The notes beneath the pieces were generated by a model. The model saw only the letters and a program-made list of their open reading frames with translations, did no database searches and was not told the DNA's origin. A stretch of 61,933 bases of DNA, filler included. It is 6 parts of 6 records of this genome, joined end to end, with 100 filler letters (N's around TTAATTAATTAA, not from the genome) between each part and the next. Parts side by side here need not be neighbours in the genome. Positions count along the whole stretch, not along the records: positions 21,642 to 28,084 come from SRR2962707_2574; positions 28,185 to 53,183 come from SRR2962707_2575; 4 more parts are not named here. One strand, given 5' to 3'. A program made the position numbers and the translations under genes. This document shows positions 22,089 through 32,481 of the stretch, piece by piece (position 1 is the first letter of the stretch; each line of letters begins with the position of its first letter).

Positions 22089-22523
22089 ATGGGTATTACA
22101 CTTGCTTGCCTCACCTGCGGCCAAGGCAACCGGATACCGGAAGCCAAACTGGGAGCCGATCCCAAATGCGGCATCTGCGGTGCCAATCTGATCAGTGGCA
22201 AGCCGACTGAAATTTCATTCGGTGTGCTGACCAAGGCCGCTCGGATCGACGACCTACCGCTTGTGATGGATTTCTGGGCTGCCTGGTGTGGACCTTGCAG
22301 GATGATGGCGCCCGAATTCGCCAAAGCCGCCACAGCGCTCAAGGGACGCGTACGTTTTGCGAAGCTAAACACCGAAAACTTTCCGCAAGCCGGAGCACGC
22401 TACGCAATACGCGGCATACCGCTGCTGATTGCGTTCCGGGGCGGTCGAGAGGTGAAGCGGCAAGCCGGGGCAATTTCGTCGGACCAGATCATTGGCTGGG
22501 CCACCGGGCTCGACAGGAAATGA
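22089..22523 (+). CDS. trxC: Thioredoxin 2 (zinc-finger thioredoxin)
   Basis: CLTC...CGIC zinc finger and DFWAAWCGPC active site. Confidence 0.93.
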   Translation: MGITLACLTCGQGNRIPEAKLGADPKCGICGANLISGKPTEISFGVLTKAARIDDLPLVMDFWAAWCGPCRMMAPEFAKAATALKGRVRFAKLNTENFPQAGARYAIRGIPLLIAFRGGREVKRQAGAISSDQIIGWATGLDRK

Positions 22524-22692
22524 TCAGCCCAGCGGCGCTTTGACGAACAAATGCCCAATCATGGGTTGTGTCACCAACAGCCCAAAAGGTGGTCCATCGT
22601 GCAGAAACACAAGGGCGCCGATGCTATCGTTTGTTGTCATCCGGTCGCAGCGGTGCGCACAAGCCACAAAGCAATTCTGGGTACAATCCCAG

Positions 22693-23025
22693 TCAGTGCG
22701 AGATCATCCAGGGCCGCTTGCTAGGAAAGCTCTTTGAGCCATCCGGGTGGTGCAGCGTTTTGGAACTTAGCTTTTTATGACTGCCCGTACAGCATCCGCA
22801 TCCCGGACCATGATTTGACCTGTGCGGCGAATCTGCGCTGCGTTCGTTCGTTTCAAATGCGATTTTTCTATCTCGGCTCATGTTGGCGATGCGCGGTGCG
22901 TTCATCAGTACGCGCGGCGCCGATGTGTCACAGGATGGGCATGCGCAGGGTTCTGCGTAATTCTTGAGGCTGGCAAACTCCGTGAACGGCCCACAGTCGT
23001 CGCACCAGTAATCATAAAACGGCAT
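22693..23025 (-). CDS. fmdB: FmdB-family zinc-ribbon protein
   Basis: MPFYDYWCDDCG...CPSC, C-terminal FPSKRPWMISH, downstream of formamidase. Confidence 0.9.
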   Translation of the reverse strand: MPFYDYWCDDCGPFTEFASLKNYAEPCACPSCDTSAPRVLMNAPRIANMSRDRKIAFETNERSADSPHRSNHGPGCGCCTGSHKKLSSKTLHHPDGSKSFPSKRPWMISH

Positions 23026-23078
23026 GTTCGGCTCCCTTGTCAGTAAGGGGCAGCCACGCGAATGGCCGCCGCAGGGTT

Positions 23079-24308
23079 TCAAAGATCATATGCAATCGGC
23101 ATGTCGACAGACCCGTCTAGATACTTGGTCGGCCCATTGGCATTGGGCATCATGTCCCACTCAAAGATATCATTGGGCAACCACAGCGTCGCGCAGGCGT
23201 TGGGAATGTCGACCACGCCCGAGATATGCCCCTGCACCGGGGCCGTACCAAGGATCGAATAGGCCTGCGCCCCAGTATAGCCGAATTTCTTGAGATACTC
23301 GATCGCATTGAGGCACGCCTGACGGTAGGCAACCTGCACGTCGAGGTAGTGCTGCTCGCCGACTTCATCGACTGAAATACCTTCAAATATCAGGTAATCA
23401 TCATAGACCGGCTTGATCGGAGATGGCCGGAAGATCGGGTTTTTAACGCCGTATTTCGCTATACCGTCCTTGATCACCTCAACCTTTAGGTGCAGCCAGC
23501 CCGCCATCTCGATCGCGCCGCAGAACGTAATCTCGCCGTCGCCCTGCGAGAAATGTAGATCGCCCATAGATAGGCCCGCACCGTCAACATAAACGGGAAA
23601 GTATATCTTGCAGCCGCGGCTCAGGTCCTTGATGTCGCAGTTGCCGCCATGTTCGCGCGGCGGAACGGTCCGTGCGCCCTCCATCGCGGCTTTTTCGCGG
23701 GCCTCACCCTTTAGTGCGCCCATGTGTGCGCTTTGCGTGTTTGGCAGTGCGGCCAGTGGCGGCACCCGCTCAGGGTCGGTGTTGAACAGCTTGGTTTCGC
23801 GCGTGTTCCACATATCCAGCATCTTGCGATCCGGCAGACAGCCGATCAGACCGGGGTGGATCAGGCCCGCGTATTTCACGCCGGGCACGTGGCGCGATTT
23901 GGTAAACATGCCATCGAAATCCCAGATGGATTTCTGTGCCGCCGGGAAATGCTCGGTCAGGAAGCCGCCGCCGTTGTTCTTTGAGAAAAAGCCGTTGAAG
24001 CCCCAGTTCATCTCTTCGACCGCGCCGATATCCAGAATTTCGACGACTAACAGATCGCCCGGCGCAGCCCCCTTAACTCCGATGGGGCCGGACAGGTAAT
24101 GCACCTGCTCAAGCTCGACATCGCGCACGTCAGATGCATCGTCATCGTTCTTGATCTGGCCGCCGGTCCAGTCATATGTCTCGATCTTGAAATCGTCGCC
24201 CGGTTCGACCCAGACGTTGATGGGGATGTCCGGGTGCCAGCGGTTGTGCACGTTTTCGTTCGTGTGCGGGCTTTCGCTCAGATCCACCGAAATCAATGTA
24301 TCAGCCAT
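23079..24308 (-). CDS. fmdA: Formamidase (FmdA/AmdA family)
   Basis: HNRWHPDIP, PPREHGGNCDIKDL, GDLHFSQGDGEITFCGAIE. Confidence 0.95.
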   Translation of the reverse strand: MADTLISVDLSESPHTNENVHNRWHPDIPINVWVEPGDDFKIETYDWTGGQIKNDDDASDVRDVELEQVHYLSGPIGVKGAAPGDLLVVEILDIGAVEEMNWGFNGFFSKNNGGGFLTEHFPAAQKSIWDFDGMFTKSRHVPGVKYAGLIHPGLIGCLPDRKMLDMWNTRETKLFNTDPERVPPLAALPNTQSAHMGALKGEAREKAAMEGARTVPPREHGGNCDIKDLSRGCKIYFPVYVDGAGLSMGDLHFSQGDGEITFCGAIEMAGWLHLKVEVIKDGIAKYGVKNPIFRPSPIKPVYDDYLIFEGISVDEVGEQHYLDVQVAYRQACLNAIEYLKKFGYTGAQAYSILGTAPVQGHISGVVDIPNACATLWLPNDIFEWDMMPNANGPTKYLDGSVDMPIAYDL

Positions 24309-24340
24309 AGGATGTCCTCTCTTCCTCGTTGGTAAACTCT

Positions 24341-25030
24341 TCACACGGACAGGAATTTCGAGACCCTGACCTCGTCTATCCCGTCGCGCGGGCTGTCGTG
24401 TACAAAGGTGCCATTCTCGATCACGATCACCCGGTCTGCGACAGACAAGGCAAAGCTAAGCACCTGTTCAGAAACGACAATCGTCAGTCCCCTTTTATCG
24501 CGGATGTCGCGCAGGGTGCGGGCCATTTCGCGGATGATCGACGGCTGGATGCCTTCTGTCGGCTCATCCAGCAGCAGCACCTTGGGATTACTGGCCAGCG
24601 CACGGGCAATCGCCAGCTGTTGCTGCTGGCCACCCGACAGATTACCGCCGCGCCGCCCTTTCATTTCCAGAAGCACCGGAAACAATTCATATATGTCGCC
24701 CGGCACCTTGCTGGACCCCGTGACCGTCAGGCCGGTCTCGATATTTTCCTGTACTGTCATGCTGGAAAAAATCATCCGCCCTTGCGGAACATAGGCAAGG
24801 CCCGCCGCGACGCGCTGATGCGGCTTCTTGCCCGACACCGTCGTGCCGTCGACGGTTGCCTGTCCGCCGCTTTCCGATACCACGCCCATCAGCGTCTTCA
24901 TCAGTGTGGTCTTGCCCATTCCATTGCGGCCCATAATGGCAACAATCTCGCCGCCGGGAACGTCCAGGTTCAGACCATGCAACACTTCGGATTCTCCGTA
25001 GGCCGCGCGCAGGTTTTCGATATTGAGCAT
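24341..25030 (-). CDS. urtE: Urea/amide ABC transporter ATP-binding subunit
   Basis: GRNGMGKTT, LSGGQQQQLAIARAL, LDEPTEGIQPS. Confidence 0.92.
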   Translation of the reverse strand: MLNIENLRAAYGESEVLHGLNLDVPGGEIVAIMGRNGMGKTTLMKTLMGVVSESGGQATVDGTTVSGKKPHQRVAAGLAYVPQGRMIFSSMTVQENIETGLTVTGSSKVPGDIYELFPVLLEMKGRRGGNLSGGQQQQLAIARALASNPKVLLLDEPTEGIQPSIIREMARTLRDIRDKRGLTIVVSEQVLSFALSVADRVIVIENGTFVHDSPRDGIDEVRVSKFLSV

Positions 25031-25041
25031 CGGATTTCCCT

Positions 25042-25800
25042 TCAGTGGCCCAGATAAACTTCGATAACTTTGGGATCGTTCTGCACCCGCTCCATCGACC
25101 CTTCGGACAGGGTCTTGCCCTGATGCAGAACGGTGACGCGCGTGGCAATGTCAGCGACAAATCCCATGTCGTGCTCGATCACGATGACCGACCGGTCCTC
25201 GATGATGCGGCGCAGCAGCTCGGCGGTCTTCTTGCGTTCAGCCACCGACATGCCCGCCACCGGTTCGTCGAGCATCAGCAGTTCCGGATCCTGAATCAGC
25301 AGCATCCCAATCTCGAGCCATTGCTTCTGTCCGTGGCTCAGATACGCCGCCTTCTCGTTGAGTAGATCCTCAAGAAAGATCGTCTCGGCGATCTCCTTGA
25401 TACGGGCCTTGACGGTAGCATCGCGACGAAAGGTCAGCGCGCCAAAAACGCTGTGCCCCTTGGGAAACGACAGCTCCAGGTTTTCGAACACGGTGAGATC
25501 CTCATAGACCGACGGCGTCTGAAACTTGCGGCCCACGCCAGCATGGACGATCTGGTCTTCGCGCATGACAAGCAGTTCCATGTCCTTGAACTTGACCGAA
25601 CCGCTGGTGGCCTTGGTCCGGCCACATATCAGATCCAGAACAGTGGTCTTGCCTGCACCGTTGGGCCCAATGATCACGCGGCATTCGTTGGGTTCGATGT
25701 AAAAGCTCAGATCATCGACCGCCTTGAACCCATCGAAGGACACAGTCAGCCCTTCAACCATGAGCAGGAAATTTGGGTTTTGCATGTTCATCGCCAGCAC
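25042..25800 (-). CDS. urtD: Urea/amide ABC transporter ATP-binding subunit
   Basis: GPNGAGKTT, LSHGQKQWLEIGM; start may be ATG 25791. Confidence 0.92.
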   Translation of the reverse strand: MLAMNMQNPNFLLMVEGLTVSFDGFKAVDDLSFYIEPNECRVIIGPNGAGKTTVLDLICGRTKATSGSVKFKDMELLVMREDQIVHAGVGRKFQTPSVYEDLTVFENLELSFPKGHSVFGALTFRRDATVKARIKEIAETIFLEDLLNEKAAYLSHGQKQWLEIGMLLIQDPELLMLDEPVAGMSVAERKKTAELLRRIIEDRSVIVIEHDMGFVADIATRVTVLHQGKTLSEGSMERVQNDPKVIEVYLGH

Positions 25801-26931
25801 CTATTCCGCAGGGGTTTCTTTGGGGGATTTCACCGCATTGGACTTACCGCCCAGCAGGGCGCCAAGACGAGGTGCAACATGTTCGGCGTAAACGCCCGCC
25901 AGTCCGTTGGGAAAGAACATCACCACCGCGATGAACAGCCCGCCCAAACCCAGCAGCCACAACTCGGGGAAAATCTCGGAAAGCGAGGTCTTGGCCCAGT
26001 TCACCAGCAGCGCGCCGTAAACCGCGCCCAGGATCGACAGCCGCCCCCCGACCGCACAGAAAATCACCATCTCGATCGACGGGACGATCCCCACCAGTGT
26101 CGGCGACATAAAACCAACCTGCAGCGTGAACATCGCGCCACCGACCCCAGCAAAGGCCGCACCAAGGCAGAAGATAAAGATCTTGAAGCTGGCAACGTCA
26201 TAGCCTGAGAATCGCACCCGGTCTTCTTGGTCGCGCATGGCGATCAAAAGGCGGCCCAGCTTGGACTTGCGAACAAACTGCGCGATTAGCAGGCAGGCGA
26301 ACAACAGGACGGCGTTGACGAAATACAGGATTTCCTTGGCCTCGTTGGTGCGAATATCCCAACCGTGCAACGTGCGCAGGTCGGTGATGCCGTTGACCCC
26401 GCCGGTGAAACCCTGTTGCCCGATGATCAGGATCGTCAGGATCGCCGCGAAGGCCTGCGTAATGATGGCAAAGTAGACGCCCCCCACCCGGCGGCGGAAC
26501 ATCGCAACACCAATGATCAATGCGAACACCACTGGCACCGCCACCACCGCAATCAGCGTGAGGAACAGCGAATTGAACGGCTCCCACCACCACGGCAGCG
26601 CGGTGATTTGGTTCCAGTCCATGAAATCCGGAATACCGGGGGTGGACTGGATCGCGGTGTTTTCCGGTGTCGACGCCTCAAGTTTGAGGAACAGCGCCAT
26701 GCAATAGCCGCCCAGCCCAAAAAAGACGCCCTGCCCCAAGCTCAGGATGCCACCAGCACCCCAGCACAGCACAAGACCAACCGCGACGAAGGCGTATGTC
26801 AGGTATTTGCCGAACAGGTTCAGCCGGAAACTGTCCAGCGCCATAGGCAGCACCACGAAGATGATGACCGCGAGGACTACAAAGCCTATGATGTCCTGAG
26901 TGGTGAACAGACGGTTGGAAGAGCGTTCCAT
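25801..26931 (-). CDS. urtC: Urea/amide ABC transporter permease
   Basis: GILSLGQGVFFGLGGY, GIPDFMDWN, multiple TM helices. Confidence 0.92.
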   Translation of the reverse strand: MERSSNRLFTTQDIIGFVVLAVIIFVVLPMALDSFRLNLFGKYLTYAFVAVGLVLCWGAGGILSLGQGVFFGLGGYCMALFLKLEASTPENTAIQSTPGIPDFMDWNQITALPWWWEPFNSLFLTLIAVVAVPVVFALIIGVAMFRRRVGGVYFAIITQAFAAILTILIIGQQGFTGGVNGITDLRTLHGWDIRTNEAKEILYFVNAVLLFACLLIAQFVRKSKLGRLLIAMRDQEDRVRFSGYDVASFKIFIFCLGAAFAGVGGAMFTLQVGFMSPTLVGIVPSIEMVIFCAVGGRLSILGAVYGALLVNWAKTSLSEIFPELWLLGLGGLFIAVVMFFPNGLAGVYAEHVAPRLGALLGGKSNAVKSPKETPAE

Positions 26932-26945
26932 GGATCAGCCTCCGA

Positions 26946-27872
26946 TCACTTGCGCAGTTTGAGGGAAAACAGGCCCTGCGGACGGATCATCAGGATCCCC
27001 ACAACCACCAGCAGCGTCAGTACCTTGGCCATCGATCCGGACAGGAAAAACTCCATGATCGACTGCGCCTGACTGATGGAAAACGCGCTGGCGATCGTGC
27101 CCAGCAGACTTGCCGCGCCGCCAAAGACCACGACCAAAAATGTATCAACGATGTAGAGCTGGCCCGCCGTCGGCCCGGTCGATCCAATCATGGTAAAGGC
27201 AGACCCGGCCACGCCGGCGACGCCGCACCCAATCCCAAAAGTTAGACGGTCCGTCCAGGCCGTGTTGATGCCAACGGCATCCGCCATAACCCGGTTCTGG
27301 CTGATCGCCCGTACCTGAAGACCCCAGGTTGATCGGTACATCATGTAATAGACCGCGAGTGAAATCCCGGTCGCCAGCACCATCACAAAGATCCCGTTGA
27401 TCGGCACCTCGATCATGTCGGTTACCGGCAATGACCCCATCATCCAGTCGGGTATGCTCACCCCCACTTCGCGTGCGCCAAAGACGCTGCGGTAAATTTG
27501 TTGGAGGATCAGACTAAGGCCCCAGGTAGCCAGCAGGGTATCCAACGGCCGTTTGTACAAATGACGGATCATTGCCCATTCGATGAACAACCCCAGCGCG
27601 CCCGACGCAATGAAGGCGAGGATCATCGCCACAAAGAAATACATCCCGAACACGCCCGGCAGCCAGGCTGCGAACACATTCGAAGTAAGGTAGGTGACAT
27701 AGGCCCCGAGGATCATGAATTCCCCGTGGGCCATGTTTATCACGCCCATCTGGCCAAAGATGATCGCAAGCCCGAGGGCCATCAGCACAAAGACTGAAAA
27801 CAGGATCAGCCCGGCAAAGCCCTGCATGGCGAAAATCGCGCCAAGCTCGCTCATCGAATAGTCGGAAAACAT
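26946..27872 (-). CDS. urtB: Urea/amide ABC transporter permease (short form)
   Basis: GVINMAHGEF, RPLDTLLATWG, RPQGLF. Confidence 0.92.
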   Translation of the reverse strand: MFSDYSMSELGAIFAMQGFAGLILFSVFVLMALGLAIIFGQMGVINMAHGEFMILGAYVTYLTSNVFAAWLPGVFGMYFFVAMILAFIASGALGLFIEWAMIRHLYKRPLDTLLATWGLSLILQQIYRSVFGAREVGVSIPDWMMGSLPVTDMIEVPINGIFVMVLATGISLAVYYMMYRSTWGLQVRAISQNRVMADAVGINTAWTDRLTFGIGCGVAGVAGSAFTMIGSTGPTAGQLYIVDTFLVVVFGGAASLLGTIASAFSISQAQSIMEFFLSGSMAKVLTLLVVVGILMIRPQGLFSLKLRK

Positions 27873-27920
27873 CGACGTCTCCTAGTGGCAAAACGAACGG
27901 AATTTCAGTGGGATTTGTGC

Positions 27921-27950
27921 CCGGAGCCGCACGGGATAACACGGCTCCGG
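27921..27950 (-). terminator. Intercistronic stem-loop after the substrate-binding gene
   Basis: CCGGAGCCG-N12-CGGCTCCGG perfect 9-bp inverted repeat. Confidence 0.6.
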
Positions 27951-27961
27951 ACGCCAAAGGC

Positions 27962-28084
27962 TTACTGGTAGCCTTCGGGAAACGGATTAGGCTCGACCAG
28001 ATCGGCGGTTTCGTAAACCACCTCGTATTGGCCATCCAGCTTGGCGCGACCGACGCGGGTCTTGGACCAGAGGTGATGGTTTTC
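27962..28084 (-). CDS. urtA: Urea/amide ABC transporter substrate-binding protein, C-terminal fragment
   Basis: ENHHLWSKTRVG...EPNPFPEGYQ* read on the minus strand. Confidence 0.85.
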   Translation of the reverse strand, partial: ENHHLWSKTRVGRAKLDGQYEVVYETADLVEPNPFPEGYQ

Positions 28085-28184
28085 NNNNNNNNNNNNNNNN
28101 NNNNNNNNNNNNNNNNNNNNNNNNNNNNTTAATTAATTAANNNNNNNNNNNNNNNNNNNNNNNNNNNNNNNNNNNNNNNNNNNN
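28085..28184. other. Artificial contig linker
   Basis: N44-TTAATTAATTAA-N44. Confidence 0.99.
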
Positions 28185-28335
28185 GTTAAATCCGACGCGG
28201 GCGTTGCTCGTTTGCAAGGGGGGAATACGCAGTGACACGATCCACAAACAGCGCTACCCTTCTGATTGATGAAAGCCGCTGGAACGCATGAGATCATGCG
28301 CAGCGGTGACTTAGTGGTCGAAAACGAGGTCCGCG

Positions 28336-28911
28336 ATGAGCCTGAATTTCCCTGAAGGTTTTGATCCGCAGCCCACGCTGATGGACGATCTTCTTGAATT
28401 GCGACCGCTTACGCTGGACGATCGCGATGCGCTGGCCGATGCAGCAAGCGACCCCGCTGTCTGGGCCGGTCATCCGAAAAAGGACCGCTATCGGACCGAT
28501 GTCTTTCAGCCCTACTTTGCTTCCTTGCTTGAAATGGGCGGTTGCCTTGTCATCGTTGATCGCCTGACGCGGGACGTCATCGGGTGTTCGGCTTTTTATA
28601 CGGACACCAACGCGCCATCGCGGCTGTCCATCGGTTTCACCTTTCTGACATGCGCGTATTGGGGCGGCCCTACGAACCGGGCGATCAAAAGCCTGATGCT
28701 CGAACATATCTATGCACAGTCTGCTGAGGCGTGGTTTCACATTGCACCAGACAACTTACGTTCTCAGACAGCTACGGCAAAACTTGGTGCGGTCCTAATG
28801 CATGAAGATACGATGGATATCGGTGGTGGCCCACAACGCTGGAAGTGCTACTGTTTGACCCGTGAAGCTTGGGCTGCGGCACAGTCTCTTTCGACACGGG
28901 GCGGGGGGTAA
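28336..28911 (+). CDS. GNAT (RimJ/RimL-like) N-acetyltransferase
   Basis: LELRPL, IGFTFL...YWGG, NLRSQTATAKLG. Confidence 0.88.
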   Translation: MSLNFPEGFDPQPTLMDDLLELRPLTLDDRDALADAASDPAVWAGHPKKDRYRTDVFQPYFASLLEMGGCLVIVDRLTRDVIGCSAFYTDTNAPSRLSIGFTFLTCAYWGGPTNRAIKSLMLEHIYAQSAEAWFHIAPDNLRSQTATAKLGAVLMHEDTMDIGGGPQRWKCYCLTREAWAAAQSLSTRGGG

Positions 28912-29039
28912 TCATGGCCTTTCTGAGCGTGGCGAGAGATGCAAAGACTCCGGAAGGTATCATTGTCACGTCCAACCATAATCCACCTGCGCCGCGGTCG
29001 CATTTTAGGAACATTTTTCAGTCTGGAGCGTATATCATC

Positions 29040-29516
29040 ATGAACACACAAAAATCCCCCTCCCGCTTTCTTTGTGCACTCGCTGCGCTGATGGTAATTC
29101 CCCTGGCTACAAACGCTGAGACTGTCGGCAATGTTGATGTCGACTGGTTAGGTAATGACATTGTCGTCGAAGCTGTGGCGGACCCGAAGGTGAAGGGCGT
29201 TACCTGCCATCTGGCCTATTTTGAGCGCGGTATTATTGACCGATTGCAAAAGGGCAACTGGTTCGAGGACCCATCGAATTCGTCTATATCGTGCCGCCAG
29301 ACCGGACCGATCCAGATCGGTGATATCGAGCGCGACGATGAAGGCGAAACCGTATTCACCGAACGTCGTTCCGTTATTTTCAAGACGTTGAATGTGAAAC
29401 GCATCTATGACGAGGCCAACAACACCTTGATCTACATCAGCCACGCCCGCGATGTGCAAAACGGATCGGCAAAGATGTCGATGTCGACGGTACCGCTCTA
29501 TGCGGCGAGGAACTAG
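29040..29516 (+). CDS. creA: CreA-family exported protein
   Basis: Signal peptide; DPKVKGVTCH, SISCRQTGPI, RIYDEANNTLIY, GSAKMSMSTVP. Confidence 0.9.
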   Translation: MNTQKSPSRFLCALAALMVIPLATNAETVGNVDVDWLGNDIVVEAVADPKVKGVTCHLAYFERGIIDRLQKGNWFEDPSNSSISCRQTGPIQIGDIERDDEGETVFTERRSVIFKTLNVKRIYDEANNTLIYISHARDVQNGSAKMSMSTVPLYAARN

Positions 29517-29609
29517 GCAAAGGATCGCCACACGGGAACTGTCCCTTTGCGCCGTTCTCGTGTTGCGTTAATCTGCCCCAAAGCCACATCAATAAAGGGC
29601 GCAGGCAGA

Positions 29610-30767
29610 ATGAGCATTTCACGTAGGAATTTTACAATCGGATTGGGGGCCTTGGGCCTTGCGGCATGTCAGGGCGGCGGTAGTGCCGCCACTTTTGCAT
29701 CGCGGAGCGAGGGCGCATTGCCGGCTGATTTGATGCCGCAATCGAACGCTGGCTATGATGCGTGGGTTGGGTCCTTCAAGGCGCGTGCGGCAGGGCAGGG
29801 CATTTCACCCGCCACGCTACGACAAGGTTTCGCAGGTGCGGGTTATCTGCCCGGTGTTGTAAAACGTGATCGCAATCAAACCGAATTCAGCCGAACCCTT
29901 GAGGATTACCTTGCCATTGCCGCGTCAGAGGAGCGGATCACCAAAGGCCGCGCCGCCTTTGCCCGCCACCGTGCCGTTCTAAGCCAGATCGAGGCGCGCT
30001 ATGGCGTACCAGCCGAAGTGGTCACCGCCGTTTGGGGGCTGGAGAGCTTTTACGGGGAGCGGCGGGGCAATGTGCCTGTTGTATCCGCCACGTCCACTTT
30101 GGCCTATGATGGCCGGCGCGGGGCGTTCTTTGAAAAACAGCTGATCGCGGCGCTGAAAATCCTTGAGCGGGGCGATGTGTCGGCGCGGGGTTTGACGGGC
30201 AGTTGGGCAGGTGCGATGGGGCACACCCAGTTCATTCCAACATCTTACCAAGCTTTTGCCGTCGATTTTAACGGCGACGGTCGTCGCGATATCTGGTCGG
30301 ATGATCCGTCTGATTCATTAGCATCCACCGCAGCATATCTTGCGAAATCCGGCTGGAAGTCGGGTGAGAAATGGGGCGGAGAGATGGGGACGGCTGCGGC
30401 CAGTTCCGCGACCCCGGTCAAGATTTTGCAACCCGATGCGGGCGGCCCCCGTTTTGCGGTGTTTAGAAACTTTAACGCCATCAAGCGTTACAACAACTCT
30501 GACAACTACGCGATTGGGGTCGGGCATTTGTCTGACCGGATTGCAGGCGGCGGGCCAATTCAGGCGCGCTTTGGCCCCGATAAATACGGAATGATGATCG
30601 ATGATCGCAAAGCCCTGCAAGAAAAACTGACCGCGCGCGGGTTTGATACAGGCGGGACCGACGGGGTGATCGGCCCCAACAGCCGCAAGGCCATCGCGGC
30701 CTATCAGCAATCCGTTGGGTTGCCAGCGACAGGTGATCCGTCGCCCGCCTTGCTGCAACGCCTGTAA
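29610..30767 (+). CDS. MltB-type lytic murein transglycosylase lipoprotein with a peptidoglycan-binding domain
   Basis: SRRNF twin-arginine plus LAAC lipobox; WGLES, GSWAGAMGHTQFIP, DGVIGPNS. Confidence 0.92.
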   Translation: MSISRRNFTIGLGALGLAACQGGGSAATFASRSEGALPADLMPQSNAGYDAWVGSFKARAAGQGISPATLRQGFAGAGYLPGVVKRDRNQTEFSRTLEDYLAIAASEERITKGRAAFARHRAVLSQIEARYGVPAEVVTAVWGLESFYGERRGNVPVVSATSTLAYDGRRGAFFEKQLIAALKILERGDVSARGLTGSWAGAMGHTQFIPTSYQAFAVDFNGDGRRDIWSDDPSDSLASTAAYLAKSGWKSGEKWGGEMGTAAASSATPVKILQPDAGGPRFAVFRNFNAIKRYNNSDNYAIGVGHLSDRIAGGGPIQARFGPDKYGMMIDDRKALQEKLTARGFDTGGTDGVIGPNSRKAIAAYQQSVGLPATGDPSPALLQRL

Positions 30768-30798
30768 AGTTGCGATAAACGACTTGCTGCGCGGGGCG

Positions 30799-32481
30799 CT
30801 ATTGGCCCGCCAATATCCAGCGCGCAGCCTTTTCGGCGATCATGATGGTGGGGGCATTGGTGTTGCCGCTGGTGATCTCGGGCATGACCGACGCATCCAC
30901 CACGCGCAGCCCCGCCATGCCTTTCATCCGCAGATGTGGGTCAAGAACGGCAGTCGGGTCATCCGTACGGCCCATTTTAACCGTTCCCACGGGGTGAAAG
31001 ATCGTGCTTGCGATATCGCCGGCCAATCGGGCCAAATCCTCATCGCTTTGATACTGAACGCCGGGCTTATGCTCTTGGGGGGCATAGGGCTGCATTGCGG
31101 GCTGGGCCATGATGTCGCGCACTTGGCGCAGGCTTTCGGCGGCGACTTTGCGGTCGTCTTCGGTGTCCAGATAATTCGGTGTGATCTTGGGGGCGTCTCG
31201 GAAATCGGATGACGCAATCCGGACATGGCCGCGGCTGGTCGGGTTCAGGTTGCAAACGCTAACCGTCATGGCGGGGAAATCATGCAGATCCTCGCCAAAC
31301 GCCTCGAGGCTGAGAGGTTGGACGTGGTACTCAAGATTTGCGTGCGAGCGGTCGGAATTAGACCGGGTGAACGCGCCCAGCTGGCTTGGTGACATGCTCA
31401 TCGGGCCGGACCGTTTCAGCAGGTATTCCAGACCGATCTTGGCCTTGCCAAAAAGCGAATTGGCCAAGGTGTTCAGCGTCTTTGTGCCCGTTACCTTGAA
31501 CACCGCGCGGATTTGCAGGTGATCTTGAAGGTTTTCACCGACGAAAGGCTGGTCCATGACCACGTCTATCCCATGCTCTTTTAGCACGGCGGCGGGGCCT
31601 ATCCCAGAAAGTTGCAGGATTTGTGGAGAGTTCACAGCACCGGCTGACAGCACGGTTTCCTTGGACGCAATCACGGTGACGGGCACGCCCTTGTGGTGCA
31701 CCTTGGCCCCCGTACAGCGCAGGCGTCCGTCGCTGTCTTTGTCGAATGTCAGCTTTTCAACCTGCGCTTCGGTCCAGATGGTCAGGTTGGCACGTGATTT
31801 TGCCGGACGCAGGAACGCCTTTGACGTGTTCCACCGCCAGCCAGAACGCTGGTTTACGTCAAAATATCCAACGCCTGCATTATCGCCGTTGTTGAAATCA
31901 TCTGTTTTCTGAATGCCGGTTTCGGTGGCGGCATCGGCAAAGCTGTCCAGAAGGTCCCATCGCAACCGCTGTTTTTCGATCCGCCATTCGCCGCCATGCC
32001 CGTGCATATCCGAAAACCGGCTATTGTCCCCGGTCGCCGGATCGGCACCGTCATCCAATTTATAGTGGTCTTCGTGGGCTTTGAAATCCGTCAGCGCATT
32101 TTGCCAGCTCCATGCCGCTTCGCCCGTCAGGTCGGCCCAATTGTCATAGTCCCGCGCTTGCCCGCGCATATAGATCATGCCGTTGATCGAGGAACACCCA
32201 CCCAAGGTTTTCCCGCGCGGGTAAAGCAAGCTGCGCCCGTTCAACCCCTTGTCCGGTTGGGTTTTATACATCCAGTCGGCGCGCGGGTTGCCGATACAAT
32301 AAAGATAGCCGATGGGAATATGGACCCACGGATAGGTGTCAGGTTTCCCAGCCTCTAAAAGCAGCACGCGGTTGGCGGGATCGGCGCTAAGCCTGTTGGC
32401 CATCAAGCACCCGGCGGACCCGCCCCCGATTACAATATAGTCGTAGTTGTTTGATCCGTCAGACATCGGCCATTCACCCAT
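30799..32481 (-). CDS. GMC oxidoreductase (choline dehydrogenase-like)
   Basis: GGGSAG, GKTLGGCSSINGMIY, VVDASVMP, GNTNAP. Confidence 0.92.
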   Translation of the reverse strand: MGEWPMSDGSNNYDYIVIGGGSAGCLMANRLSADPANRVLLLEAGKPDTYPWVHIPIGYLYCIGNPRADWMYKTQPDKGLNGRSLLYPRGKTLGGCSSINGMIYMRGQARDYDNWADLTGEAAWSWQNALTDFKAHEDHYKLDDGADPATGDNSRFSDMHGHGGEWRIEKQRLRWDLLDSFADAATETGIQKTDDFNNGDNAGVGYFDVNQRSGWRWNTSKAFLRPAKSRANLTIWTEAQVEKLTFDKDSDGRLRCTGAKVHHKGVPVTVIASKETVLSAGAVNSPQILQLSGIGPAAVLKEHGIDVVMDQPFVGENLQDHLQIRAVFKVTGTKTLNTLANSLFGKAKIGLEYLLKRSGPMSMSPSQLGAFTRSNSDRSHANLEYHVQPLSLEAFGEDLHDFPAMTVSVCNLNPTSRGHVRIASSDFRDAPKITPNYLDTEDDRKVAAESLRQVRDIMAQPAMQPYAPQEHKPGVQYQSDEDLARLAGDIASTIFHPVGTVKMGRTDDPTAVLDPHLRMKGMAGLRVVDASVMPEITSGNTNAPTIMIAEKAARWILAGQ

